From IMG/VR virus record IMGVR_UViG_3300020165_000007, positions 124,001-188,000 of that record: a DNA stretch of 64,000 nucleotides; one strand, 5' to 3'. Below, one piece after another: positions 1 through 9,538 of this stretch; the stretch's first letter is position 1; each line of letters begins with the position of its first letter. The notes under the pieces are model-generated. The model searched no databases and was not told where the DNA came from. It saw only the letters and a list, made by a program, of their open reading frames with translations. The translations under genes and the position numbers were made by a program.

Positions 1-498
1 AAACATACCTAAAGTTGTTAAAGTACCGATAGGTTTTTTCATTTTTTTCTTTGGGCTACCGAATAAATCTTCTATAACTGCATCCTCATCAATATACCCC
101 ATTCCGTCACTATTCGGACTAGGATTATTACCTGCCGGACCTTCAGTATTACCAGGACTATTACCGGCGTAAGGATTATATCCACTTTCCTTCTCTACTG
201 AGTTATCTAAATCTTCATCCTCAGATATTTCACTTTCATTCTTCATTGTTAATGCAACGTCTCCTTGGTCGGTTGCGGTTATCTGATTATTCTCACCGCT
301 ATTAGCGTCTTTATCAAACTCTTTTCTATCTGTTTCATTATCTAAATCAAAAACTTTTGTTTTTGTATTATAACTTTCAGCCTCTTTAATTAATCTATCA
401 TATAGTAAATCAATGTGAGTGTTAGACATTTTCTTAATAGTATCATAAGAAAAACCCTCCTCTAATAATGATACTATTTTTTTTTCTTTATTCTTCAT
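1..498 (-). CDS. Acidic hypothetical protein, 3' end runs off the window
   Basis: Manually read frame MKNKEKKIVSLLEEGFSY... open from ATG at 498 to position 1; overlaps the stop of the upstream gene. Confidence 0.75.
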   Translation of the reverse strand, partial: MKNKEKKIVSLLEEGFSYDTIKKMSNTHIDLLYDRLIKEAESYNTKTKVFDLDNETDRKEFDKDANSGENNQITATDQGDVALTMKNESEISEDEDLDNSVEKESGYNPYAGNSPGNTEGPAGNNPSPNSDGMGYIDEDAVIEDLFGSPKKKMKKPIGTLTTLGMF

Positions 499-898
499 GT
501 GTCATAAAACTTTTTTCATAAGAAAGAACAATATCTCTTTCATATAATTTATCTTCTACGGATTTTACTGTATCTCCGTATCTAAAGACTAATCTTTTAT
601 ACTTACTATCGACTACAAACTCAGAATCAGATTTTTCCCATCCTAAAGATATAACATCCTCAACTGCGTCATAAACAGAAAAAAAGTCAGAGTTTTGAAC
701 TAACTCTAATTCAATATCTGAGTTTCTCAAAACACCAACTTTTTTAATATATTCAACATTAGGTGGTAATGGTTTACCTGAAGCCGGTTCAGAATCCCAA
801 TCCTCACCCCATACTTCTTCTACGTCAGAGAATATAAACTCATAGATATTGTCCCCTTTATAATTGGGACCCAATTCGTTGACGTAGATTAACCTCAT
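488..898 (-). CDS. Hypothetical phage protein
   Basis: 136 aa ORF overlapping both neighbours on the same strand. Confidence 0.8.
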   Translation of the reverse strand: MRLIYVNELGPNYKGDNIYEFIFSDVEEVWGEDWDSEPASGKPLPPNVEYIKKVGVLRNSDIELELVQNSDFFSVYDAVEDVISLGWEKSDSEFVVDSKYKRLVFRYGDTVKSVEDKLYERDIVLSYEKSFMTHEE

Positions 899-2091
899 AG
901 TAATTCTCCATTAGGTGATACTTTCAATTGTTTACCATCTACTTCAAATACCAAGTTGTTCTTGTTTGTTTTACCTAAGAACTTAGAACCCTTGTTTTCC
1001 TTCATGATAAACTCTGAGGTTAATTCTTGCTCTAAAGTCTCTGACATTTCTTTAACTTCAGACTTAACTTTAACCTTGTTTACTTTTTCTGTGATAAATC
1101 TCATTACGTTCTTATCTTCAGTTTCCTTTTTTTCTTCTTCAGAAATTACGAAATACTTTGATAAAACCTTATCTACTTTAGATTCTGTGAATACTTCATC
1201 TACAACTTCTTCGATTCCGTATCCTTCACCTAATTCCTCATCACCTACAGGTTCTTCTTCCACACTCATATCCAAGTCTAAGTCCAACTCATCTTCACCA
1301 CCGGCTTCAATATCAAGTTCTCCCTCAACACCATAGTCGATTTCTTCATCTTCAAAGTTACTTAAAATATCTTCTAAGTCTTCTTCTGATAAGTTTTCTA
1401 AATTCACGGCAGATATAATTGAATTTAAAACGTACTTAATATCTTCAGAAGAAAGTCCTTCTTGAGAATCTAATGTTCTTAACTTTTGACCTAGTTTACC
1501 CGTTAATTTTTGGATTAATTTAAATGATATTTCGTCTTCCTCTGATTCAATGTCAGTTTCAGGTACATCCATATCTAAGTCTAATTCTTCTTCACCTTCA
1601 GGTGTTTCTAAATCCATGTCTAAATCTAATTCTTCTTCTTCACCTCCTAAACTCCCTAAATCTAAATCACCACCCATATCGCTCATCGAAGCTTCAGGTG
1701 ATGGTTCTGGTTCAGGTGTTGGAGTCTTAAGTACAAACTTTTTTTGTTCACCTATTAAGTCAACATTTTCACTATGTTCATGAATCCTATTCAATTCGCC
1801 AGCCATTAGATTTATTTTTTTCATGGCTTGTGAATAAGAGCGATAATATTTCCTATTCTTCATAGGATTAATATATTCTAATTCACTTTCGTTAATTCCT
1901 CTTTTAACTATGTAACCACTTTTTTCGTGTACAATACCGTAAACGTTACCATCTGCGAGTTGTATAGTGTAATCGGATTTATTTTCATTCAAATTTTGAG
2001 TGGTCTCGTTATACCGAGCAATTTCTAGGATACGTCTAATTTTACTGTCTCCTTGTAATTTTTCACTTCCTATTGGGTTTAAATCTGCCAT
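895..2091 (-). CDS. Highly acidic protein, possibly prohead core/scaffold-like
   Basis: Long E/D-rich tracts (EEELDLDMD repeats) and many LNE/ITE/FTE sites; start set at MADLNPIG; function inferred. Confidence 0.6.
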   Translation of the reverse strand: MADLNPIGSEKLQGDSKIRRILEIARYNETTQNLNENKSDYTIQLADGNVYGIVHEKSGYIVKRGINESELEYINPMKNRKYYRSYSQAMKKINLMAGELNRIHEHSENVDLIGEQKKFVLKTPTPEPEPSPEASMSDMGGDLDLGSLGGEEEELDLDMDLETPEGEEELDLDMDVPETDIESEEDEISFKLIQKLTGKLGQKLRTLDSQEGLSSEDIKYVLNSIISAVNLENLSEEDLEDILSNFEDEEIDYGVEGELDIEAGGEDELDLDLDMSVEEEPVGDEELGEGYGIEEVVDEVFTESKVDKVLSKYFVISEEEKKETEDKNVMRFITEKVNKVKVKSEVKEMSETLEQELTSEFIMKENKGSKFLGKTNKNNLVFEVDGKQLKVSPNGELL

Positions 2092-2104
2092 TTTTAATTT
2101 TTTT

Positions 2105-2287
2105 TTAAGAGAAAACACCATTACCACCTAACTGTACTAAATTACACTGAATTGATTCTGTTATTGTGTATGCTGATAGTTCGTCGTTATATTCTACAGT
2201 ATTCATACTAGGATGAACCGTAGGTGTTCCACCAGTATATAAGTTATATGTCGAATCTGCGCTATATGTACATCCCGTGATTGCCAT
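2105..2287 (-). CDS. Small hypothetical protein
   Basis: 60 aa ORF with the sense ATATTTAT motif upstream. Confidence 0.65.
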   Translation of the reverse strand: MAITGCTYSADSTYNLYTGGTPTVHPSMNTVEYNDELSAYTITESIQCNLVQLGGNGVFS

Positions 2288-2338
2288 GTTTATATTTTTT
2301 TAATAAATATACCGTAAATACATAATTTTCTATTTTAT

Positions 2339-3088
2339 TTAACTATCTGATAAATTTTCTTTGATTGAGAGTGTTTTATCAATCAATTCATTTTTATTAT
2401 CGAACAGTTTTTGTATATATCCGTTTCTACGTAAAAATTTAAAAACTAAGTTTTCATAAGAGTATTCTCCTCCTTTTTCTAACCCACCACTTCTAAATTT
2501 TTTTATTTTGTCTTTAACCGAATCTAATTTTAATAAGGCTGAATCTAAATCGATTTCTTCTTCTACATCTTCTATCGTATTATCAATAATATCCATCCAA
2601 TTTTGAGATTTAGATTCTATCTTTTTCGTATCTATTATTACTTCTTCCGGTTTTGGTTGTTTCATCCATTCATTATAAAGAACTGAATAAACACCTGTCG
2701 ACATATGAGGTTCATTCATATCTTGAACATATAACTCAACTTCATATCCTTTAACAGTAATATCATGTTGTGAATTAAAAACCGTTCTCTTTAAGTTAAA
2801 TAAATCTTTAAATATTTCTTCTTGTTCTCCTGACTCTTTAAAATCATATATTATATGTAAGTCAATATCTGAATAGTCAGACCAGTTAAAATTAGCTAAT
2901 GAACCTGTCATAGTAATATCTTGAACAAAAATATCAAATCCCAAAAAATCAATAAACTCGTTTGCAATATCTAAAAGACCATCTCTTATTTCAGGTTTCA
3001 TTTTAGACTCTTCAACATTGTCGTAGTTATCCCATATTTCAGGATTAAGAGTATCCTTAACCAAAAAACTACTAATTATTTTATCCAT
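2339..3088 (-). CDS. Pol-beta superfamily nucleotidyltransferase-like protein
   Basis: TGSLANFNWSDYSDIDLH matches the GS...DxD motif; later acidic residue in VELYVQD. Confidence 0.75.
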   Translation of the reverse strand: MDKIISSFLVKDTLNPEIWDNYDNVEESKMKPEIRDGLLDIANEFIDFLGFDIFVQDITMTGSLANFNWSDYSDIDLHIIYDFKESGEQEEIFKDLFNLKRTVFNSQHDITVKGYEVELYVQDMNEPHMSTGVYSVLYNEWMKQPKPEEVIIDTKKIESKSQNWMDIIDNTIEDVEEEIDLDSALLKLDSVKDKIKKFRSGGLEKGGEYSYENLVFKFLRRNGYIQKLFDNKNELIDKTLSIKENLSDS

Positions 3089-3335
3089 CTTTATCTATTT
3101 TTTTATAATCAAACTTTTTACCTATTTCTTTATTAAAAAAACTTCCTTGTGATTCTGCCATTCTAAACTTAGTAAAGATAGAGTGAGGCACTTCACTATA
3201 TTCATATTGTATCTCACCTTTAAACGTCACTAAAAGTTTTTGTGTCGACGTATCATACTCCACAATCTTGACTGTTGAAGAGTCAATCTCACAGATTATC
3301 TTCTTACCTAATATTCTTTCTGTTTTAATCGACAT
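3081..3335 (-). CDS. KTSC domain protein
   Basis: SSTVKIVEYD...LLVTF...YEYSEVP...AESQGSFFNKEI pattern. Confidence 0.85.
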   Translation of the reverse strand: MSIKTERILGKKIICEIDSSTVKIVEYDTSTQKLLVTFKGEIQYEYSEVPHSIFTKFRMAESQGSFFNKEIGKKFDYKKIDKDG

Positions 3336-3834
3336 TACTATTGGATATTAATATATAAGAAATAAAATCGTTGTCTTCTCCCATTGTGAGCCTTTGAACC
3401 TTGTTTAAAAATCCACTAACCTTAAAGTCCTCATTACTTATTCTTAAATCTTCCGCCGCCGCTATTTCAGCATTATTCCTTGCCTTTTTCTTTGCAATTT
3501 CACGGTCCGTTGAGTCTGCAACACCAAAATATAAAGTTTCACCATTAACGTCTATTTTACCTTCTGATTTATTCGTGTCTCGAACATCCTGAATAATTTC
3601 ATCAATGGGTTTATTGTTATACTTTTTTACTTCTACTTCTACTTCTTCTTCATCACCGTCAAGTTTATCTTTGATATTATCGACAGTGTTTTTAATCGCC
3701 TCTTTACCTTTTTGGAAACCTTTCTTTATACCATCTCTTACACCTCTAAAAATTCCTTGTTCATCAAGCTCAGATTCGTTAATACCCATTAACTCACGAT
3801 TACGTTTTACTTCATTCAATATATCCTTATTCAT
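3325..3834 (-). CDS. Hypothetical protein with NEVxRxxxLM leader
   Basis: MNKDILNEVKRNRELMGINE; TATTTATA motif upstream. Confidence 0.7.
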   Translation of the reverse strand: MNKDILNEVKRNRELMGINESELDEQGIFRGVRDGIKKGFQKGKEAIKNTVDNIKDKLDGDEEEVEVEVKKYNNKPIDEIIQDVRDTNKSEGKIDVNGETLYFGVADSTDREIAKKKARNNAEIAAAEDLRISNEDFKVSGFLNKVQRLTMGEDNDFISYILISNSNVD

Positions 3835-3867
3835 GACAATATTTTACTATAAATACTTCTATTAATA

Positions 3868-3898
3868 AAAAACCCCTCACTTTTGATGAGGGGGTTTT
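3868..3898. terminator. Intrinsic terminator hairpin
   Basis: aaaacccctca...tgagggggtttt directly downstream of the 3900..4343 gene. Confidence 0.7.
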
Positions 3899-3899
3899 A

Positions 3900-4343
3900 T
3901 TAAGAGTTAAGTTTTTTAAGTTTATCCCTATATTTTATCGAAGATTCAAAATCCTGAGATTTTATAGACTCATCTAATTTAGTTTTAATTTCCTCAATCT
4001 TTTCTTTATTCGACTCAATTTTTTTGATTTGGTCTCGTATTTTAGCGGCTGTCTCATAATCTTGTATTTCTACCGCATCTGATAATTGGGTTTTTAAAGT
4101 AAAAGTTTCATCTGTTTCTACAGTTGTTGGTTCATCCGTATATTGATATAACGTTGTGACTTGATATGTACCATCATCAGAAATAAATGTTTCTTTTTTC
4201 CATTTACCGTTTTTATCATCTCCGTGTTCTACATTTTTTTTACCTTTAATATATAAAGGGTTTGATTTATATGACCCAATCCCGTCAAAAAGAGAGTCAA
4301 AATCTGAAAATAAGTCATTAAAATTAAAATTTCTACGTAACAT
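3900..4343 (-). CDS. Protein with two C-terminal UVR (UvrB/C) coiled-coil motifs, candidate ClpC adaptor
   Basis: LSDAVEIQDYETAAKIRDQIK and LDESIKSQDFESSIKYRDKLK; N-terminus resembles sHSP-type FNDLFSDFDSLF; divergent from clpC. Confidence 0.7.
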   Translation of the reverse strand: MLRRNFNFNDLFSDFDSLFDGIGSYKSNPLYIKGKKNVEHGDDKNGKWKKETFISDDGTYQVTTLYQYTDEPTTVETDETFTLKTQLSDAVEIQDYETAAKIRDQIKKIESNKEKIEEIKTKLDESIKSQDFESSIKYRDKLKKLNS

Positions 4344-4522
4344 TTTGTTTTTTTATTATTAGTTTATTAAATTTACATTTTTATAGTTAATATCGTACCA
4401 ACATATTAAATTAACTCTAAAACTGACATTATGTCAGGTAAAGTTTAAATGATATGTCACAATGTCAACACTTGATTTAATGGTATAATATATACTATAT
4501 TTGTATAAAATTATTTAAGATT

Positions 4523-6544
4523 ATGATAGAATCGGTAGACCCAAACGAAAAAGGAGGAGGAAAAAAGAAAAAAGAAGTTAGTAACTCCAGAACTCCTGTT
4601 CTAGATAATTTTTCTAGAGATTTAATTAAGTTAGCGTCGGAAGGTAAATTAGACCCTGTTGTAGGTCGAGAAGTAGAAATAACAAGGATTGCACAAATTC
4701 TTTCTAGAAGAAAGAAAAACAATCCTATTATTGTTGGTGAACCTGGATGTGGTAAAACTGCGATAGTGGAGGGTTTAGCTATGAGAATTTTTGAGGGAGA
4801 TTGTCCTCAAAATCTGTGTGATAAAAGAATCGTATCTTTAGATATGACTTCTATAGTCGCGGGAACAAAATATAGGGGTCAGTTTGAAGAAAGAATGAAA
4901 GTTATTTTAGATGAACTCCATGATAACCATGATATTGTAGTGTTTATTGATGAGATTCATACTATTATAGGTGCGGGTAATTCCTCAGGTTCATTAGACG
5001 CTTCCAATATATTTAAACCGGCACTAGCGAGGGGTGAAATTCAATGTATCGGAGCAACAACTCTTGATGAATACCGTGAAAATATAGAGAAAGACGGGGC
5101 TTTGGAGAGACGTTTTCAAAAGGTGATGGTTGATGGGTCTACACCTGAAGAAACTATGGTTATCTTAGAGAACTTAAAGTCTAGATATGAAGACCATCAT
5201 AAAGTATCGTATAGTTATGAATCATTAGAGGCTTGTGTTTCTTTATCAGGAAGATATGTTAATGATAGAGAATTCCCTGATAAAGCGATTGATGTTATGG
5301 ATGAGGTTGGGGCTAAGGCACAAATCAATGTTAAATTTCCTGAAATTATAGAGAAACTTAGAGAGGATGCTTTTAATATAAAAGAAAAGAAAATACAAGT
5401 CGTAAAAAGTCAGAGATATGAGGAAGCGGCTCAATTAAGAGATGAAGAGAAAAAGATTCTTTCTCGTCTTGAGTTTGAAAAAGAAAAATTCGAAAGTGAT
5501 AAGGATGAGAAAAGAAAAGAGATTACCGAAGAAATGGTTTATGAGGTAGTTTCTACTATGACTAAAATTCCATTGTCTAAATTAAATGCGGATGACAAAG
5601 AATCTTTATTAAAGTTAGAAAGCAATCTTAACAATTCTGTTATTGGACAAGAAGAGGCAGTCAAAACAATATCTAAGTCTATTAGAAGAAATAGGGTCGG
5701 TATTAAAGACCCTAATAGACCCATCGGTTCGTTTATCTTTTTAGGTTCTACAGGAATTGGTAAGACTCACTTAGCTAAACAATTAGCTAAAGAAATTTTC
5801 GGGGATGAGGAATCTTTGATTAGGGTAGATATGTCAGAATATCAAGAGAAGTACTCAATGAGTAGACTTATAGGTTCTCCTCCAGGGTATGTGGGATATG
5901 ACCAAGGAGGTCAATTAACTGAAGCAGTTAAAAATAAACCATATTCTGTGGTACTATTTGATGAGATTGAAAAGGCGAATAAAGATATTTTTTCAATTCT
6001 ACTTCAAATGATGGATGATGGTCATTTAACAGATTCGTTTGGTCGTAAGATTAATTTTAAAAATTGTCTTATTATAATGACCTCAAACTTAGGGGTTAAG
6101 AAATTACAAGATTTCGGTACCGGTGTTGGGTTTGACACTAAGACTCGTATGTCAAGTAACGAAGAAATGAAAAAGTCCTTACTACAAAAGGAACTTAAAA
6201 ATCACTTTACCCCTGAGTTTTTGAATCGTGTAGATGAAGTTGTAGTTTTTAATCCCCTTAAGGAAAACGAGGTGGAAAAAATTGTTGAAATTGAACTATC
6301 AAAACTTAATCGTAGATTAGTTAAGTTGGGTTATAAGGTATCCATTGACAATAAGGTTAAAAAGTTTTTGTCTGAGGTTGGGTTTGATGAGAAGTATGGA
6401 GCAAGACCTATAAAACGGGCAATTCAAGAAAAAATCGAGGATTTAATTTCAGAAGAAGTATTAAGAGGTAATATCGTAGAAGGTAAACCCTGTAAACTTA
6501 AAATGAAAGGTAAAGAAGAGGTTGTACTAATAAAGGGGAGATAA
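4523..6544 (+). CDS. clpC: ClpC-type AAA+ unfoldase lacking the N-terminal Clp-repeat domain
   Basis: Walker A GEPGCGKT and GSTGIGKT; Walker B VFIDE and LFDEIEK; UVR M-domain QRYEEAAQLRD; GYVGY pore loop; VGF ClpP-docking loop. Confidence 0.92.
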   Translation: MIESVDPNEKGGGKKKKEVSNSRTPVLDNFSRDLIKLASEGKLDPVVGREVEITRIAQILSRRKKNNPIIVGEPGCGKTAIVEGLAMRIFEGDCPQNLCDKRIVSLDMTSIVAGTKYRGQFEERMKVILDELHDNHDIVVFIDEIHTIIGAGNSSGSLDASNIFKPALARGEIQCIGATTLDEYRENIEKDGALERRFQKVMVDGSTPEETMVILENLKSRYEDHHKVSYSYESLEACVSLSGRYVNDREFPDKAIDVMDEVGAKAQINVKFPEIIEKLREDAFNIKEKKIQVVKSQRYEEAAQLRDEEKKILSRLEFEKEKFESDKDEKRKEITEEMVYEVVSTMTKIPLSKLNADDKESLLKLESNLNNSVIGQEEAVKTISKSIRRNRVGIKDPNRPIGSFIFLGSTGIGKTHLAKQLAKEIFGDEESLIRVDMSEYQEKYSMSRLIGSPPGYVGYDQGGQLTEAVKNKPYSVVLFDEIEKANKDIFSILLQMMDDGHLTDSFGRKINFKNCLIIMTSNLGVKKLQDFGTGVGFDTKTRMSSNEEMKKSLLQKELKNHFTPEFLNRVDEVVVFNPLKENEVEKIVEIELSKLNRRLVKLGYKVSIDNKVKKFLSEVGFDEKYGARPIKRAIQEKIEDLISEEVLRGNIVEGKPCKLKMKGKEEVVLIKGR

Positions 6545-6557
6545 TTTCTCCCCTTTT
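6533..6557 (+). terminator. Intrinsic terminator
   Basis: aaggggag-ataattt-ctcccctttt. Confidence 0.7.
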
Positions 6558-6558
6558 G

Positions 6559-6590
6559 TTTGGTTTAAAGTAAATAATTTAGTATATTTG
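6559..6590 (+). promoter_or_regulatory. Bacteroidota housekeeping-sigma promoter (-33 TTTG, -7 TAnnTTTG)
   Basis: TTTG 6559-62, 20-nt spacer, TATATTTG 6583-90. Confidence 0.8.
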
Positions 6591-6608
6591 TATACAAATC
6601 AACCACAA

Positions 6609-7679
6609 ATGAATAACGAACAACTTAATCGTCTCAAAGAAGTACTTTCAATCCCAACTAAAACCTATAAGGAAGATGGAATGGTAGACTATATTATTAA
6701 TGTTCTTGAGACGATTGACGGTGTAACGTATTACAATGACCCAATGAATAACGTTTACGCCACTAAAGGTACATTACCTGATGGTGAGTTTTATCCGATG
6801 TTTGTTGCACATACTGATACGGTTCATGAACTGGTTGAAGACATTGTTGTTGAGGAGGAGAATCTCGAAAAACCACCCACTTTTGGTCGAACGTTTACTG
6901 AAGAACTAAACTTATCTCTAAAGGGATACACTCCACAAGGGAATCCAACGGGAATCGGTGGTGACGATAAATGTGGTGTTTTCTTGGCACTCGAACTCCT
7001 TCGCACTTTGTCACATGTAAAGGTCGGTCTTTTCGTATCTGAAGAGACCGGATGTCACGGCTCTAAGGAGTGTGATGTTGAGTTCCTCAAGGATGTGGGT
7101 TATGCGATTCAATTTGACGCACCTGGAAATCATTTGGTTACCGAAGTTTGTTCGGGAATTCGTTTATTTGAGAGTAATGGTGAGTTCATTAAACGCATTA
7201 CCCCCATCTTTGAAAACTCTATGGGTGTATCTCCTTACCTTCAGTCACACCCATATACTGATGTCTCACAAATTAAACAAAAAGGTGATTTTTCTTGTAT
7301 CAACTTTTCTTGTGGTTATTACAACATGCATTCAACATCTGAATTTGTAGTTGTAAAAGATGTTGAAGATGCCCTAAAACTCGCTATTGGTGTTGTAAAT
7401 GAGCTTGGTTTGAATAAGTTTGGTTACACTTACATCAAACCTACATACGATTACTACGGTCAAGGTAGTTTATTCACTAGTTATGATATTGAGGATGATG
7501 ATTACGATTATGAATCAGTAGAATGGGAAGAAAGTGATAATCATTACTTCAACATCTCAGATGATTCAATTGAAATTGAAAGTAAAATTAATGGAAATAC
7601 TGTCACTTTAAATATGAAGGATATGGCAGATTTATATCTACTTATCCGTGAGCGTTTATTGGAAAACGAAGAGATTTAA
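6609..7679 (+). CDS. M20/M28-family zinc peptidase
   Basis: AHTDTVH, GGDDKCG, EETGCHGS and GYYNMH metal-ligand motifs; start at ATG 6609. Confidence 0.85.
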   Translation: MNNEQLNRLKEVLSIPTKTYKEDGMVDYIINVLETIDGVTYYNDPMNNVYATKGTLPDGEFYPMFVAHTDTVHELVEDIVVEEENLEKPPTFGRTFTEELNLSLKGYTPQGNPTGIGGDDKCGVFLALELLRTLSHVKVGLFVSEETGCHGSKECDVEFLKDVGYAIQFDAPGNHLVTEVCSGIRLFESNGEFIKRITPIFENSMGVSPYLQSHPYTDVSQIKQKGDFSCINFSCGYYNMHSTSEFVVVKDVEDALKLAIGVVNELGLNKFGYTYIKPTYDYYGQGSLFTSYDIEDDDYDYESVEWEESDNHYFNISDDSIEIESKINGNTVTLNMKDMADLYLLIRERLLENEEI

Positions 7680-9538
7680 AACGGGTCAAAAAGTGTGTAG
7701 TTGTTCAACAATTTAATTATTGTTGTCAACTTAGCACTACCTTTTTTTATTTCATTATCTTTATTAATTATTTCAAAATTAATTTTAGAGTTTTTTGGGT
7801 TAACCCCTGTAAATATTATAGAATCTTCACTTTCTGACGATTTAATTGCGTGAGGAGTATTAAGACCAAATTTATTATTTATATACTTTAATATTCTTCT
7901 ATACTCATTAACGTCTGACACTACATTATCATCAGATTCGACATCCGATAAAACATTTTCCAACAGATTTGTCATATCACTGTTAAACGAGTCATTAAAC
8001 ACATCCAAATCCTGATATTCATTTACACTATCCATAAAGTATGTGTCTAAGTCAATATTTTGTTGGATTACGTTCTCCAACACTTGCTCTGTAGACAAGT
8101 CTTTATTGTAATCTAAATTATCCTCGTAGATATCAATAAGTTTATCAATACTGATTTTATATTGACCAAAACAACCTTCATCGTCAACCTTTGTTAATCC
8201 TATTTCATCATAAAGATTACATATTTCATCTTCAATATATTTTATTACACCTTGGTGTATAGACCTGTCCTCGGCTTCGGAATACAAATAACCAAAATCT
8301 TCATATAATTTTGGTAATTTATTTTCTATAAATTTCGATACTTTTACGTCCCAATCACCGTCAGGTTTAATTTCACTACCATCAAACGCCTCTAACAACT
8401 CAGGTTCTATTATCTCAACAATAGAACGTAATATATCTATATGTTCAGGTGTTAATACATAAAGTGGGTAACCTTCCATCATATCGTCATTAAATCTTGA
8501 TGTCTCATAAAAAAAATCTCCATTAGGGTTTTCATATGACCATAGATAATAACCTATCGCATCTTCACCGACCTCATCCTCCATAAAGTCCAAATAATTC
8601 TTAAGTTCATTACTGAAATTAAAAATTGCGTTCTCACCATCAAACCTATCAAAGAAGTGAGATGTTAATGATTCATACATAGATGTCTTAGGGTTATTTT
8701 TTACTTTCTTTAGAGTTTCGTAGTCATCCCCACGTTCCGTCAGTTTATTAATCTCTTCCTTTATTGGTGCAAATCTTTCTAATAAAAAACTAAATTTTTC
8801 CCCGTGGTCCTGTTGATTGTATACCTCAGGTGTGCCGTTACCATGAGGTACAAGTAATGCCATTTTACCGTATGTTCTGTCTGAAGATTTTTTATCTATA
8901 ATGTAATATAGTTTACCTCTTGATGTATATCTGTTAAAATAGTCGTCGTTATCAGTACTGGTGGTACACCATTTAGTACTTGCTCCGTAGTAACATGATG
9001 ATTTATGTGATAATGGACGTATTATTAAAAATCTATCGTTTTCATAAACTCTATCTACTTCTTTTTTTACTTCTTTTTCAGTCCTTATCTCATCTAAATA
9101 ATCTTCGTACTTATTAACAAAACGAAATAAATCGTGAATGGTATCAAACGAGGTAATGTCTTTTGGTTTTGACCTTATCTTTTTTTCTGTACTTTCACTA
9201 CTAAAATTTCCTTCTATATTTAAGATATTAAACATATTATCAACCTTTTCAGGTGATAATCTTTCAACAATATCATGATACTTTTTAATATTGACCCATA
9301 TAATACTTGCGACTGAAATTGGGTCCCCTCCTCCTACAACTGAAGAAGTGGGTTTATTAATTTCATCTATAAATTTTTTAACACCCCATTCAGAATACTT
9401 TTTAGTTAAGCTTGGGTCGTTATTTATAATTATTTCGGCATATTTTATCGCCTCGTCACCTAACGGTTCAAGTTGATTTCGGAACTTATCTATTATACGC
9501 TCCTTTTTACCTTCTAATAATAGAGTTATAAACTTCAT
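7676..9538 (-). CDS. Large hypothetical protein with a G-x-x-T-K-W-C motif domain (possibly PcfJ-like)
   Basis: SCYYGASTKWCTTS...YFNRY...LYYIIDK; leader MKFITLLLEG. Confidence 0.6.
   Translation of the reverse strand: MKFITLLLEGKKERIIDKFRNQLEPLGDEAIKYAEIIINNDPSLTKKYSEWGVKKFIDEINKPTSSVVGGGDPISVASIIWVNIKKYHDIVERLSPEKVDNMFNILNIEGNFSSESTEKKIRSKPKDITSFDTIHDLFRFVNKYEDYLDEIRTEKEVKKEVDRVYENDRFLIIRPLSHKSSCYYGASTKWCTTSTDNDDYFNRYTSRGKLYYIIDKKSSDRTYGKMALLVPHGNGTPEVYNQQDHGEKFSFLLERFAPIKEEINKLTERGDDYETLKKVKNNPKTSMYESLTSHFFDRFDGENAIFNFSNELKNYLDFMEDEVGEDAIGYYLWSYENPNGDFFYETSRFNDDMMEGYPLYVLTPEHIDILRSIVEIIEPELLEAFDGSEIKPDGDWDVKVSKFIENKLPKLYEDFGYLYSEAEDRSIHQGVIKYIEDEICNLYDEIGLTKVDDEGCFGQYKISIDKLIDIYEDNLDYNKDLSTEQVLENVIQQNIDLDTYFMDSVNEYQDLDVFNDSFNSDMTNLLENVLSDVESDDNVVSDVNEYRRILKYINNKFGLNTPHAIKSSESEDSIIFTGVNPKNSKINFEIINKDNEIKKGSAKLTTIIKLLNNYTLFDPF

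Noticed and set aside
3848-3856. TATAAATA read as a T4 late promoter
   Set aside because: Orientation is wrong: relative to the downstream genes the sense motif is consistently TATTTAT
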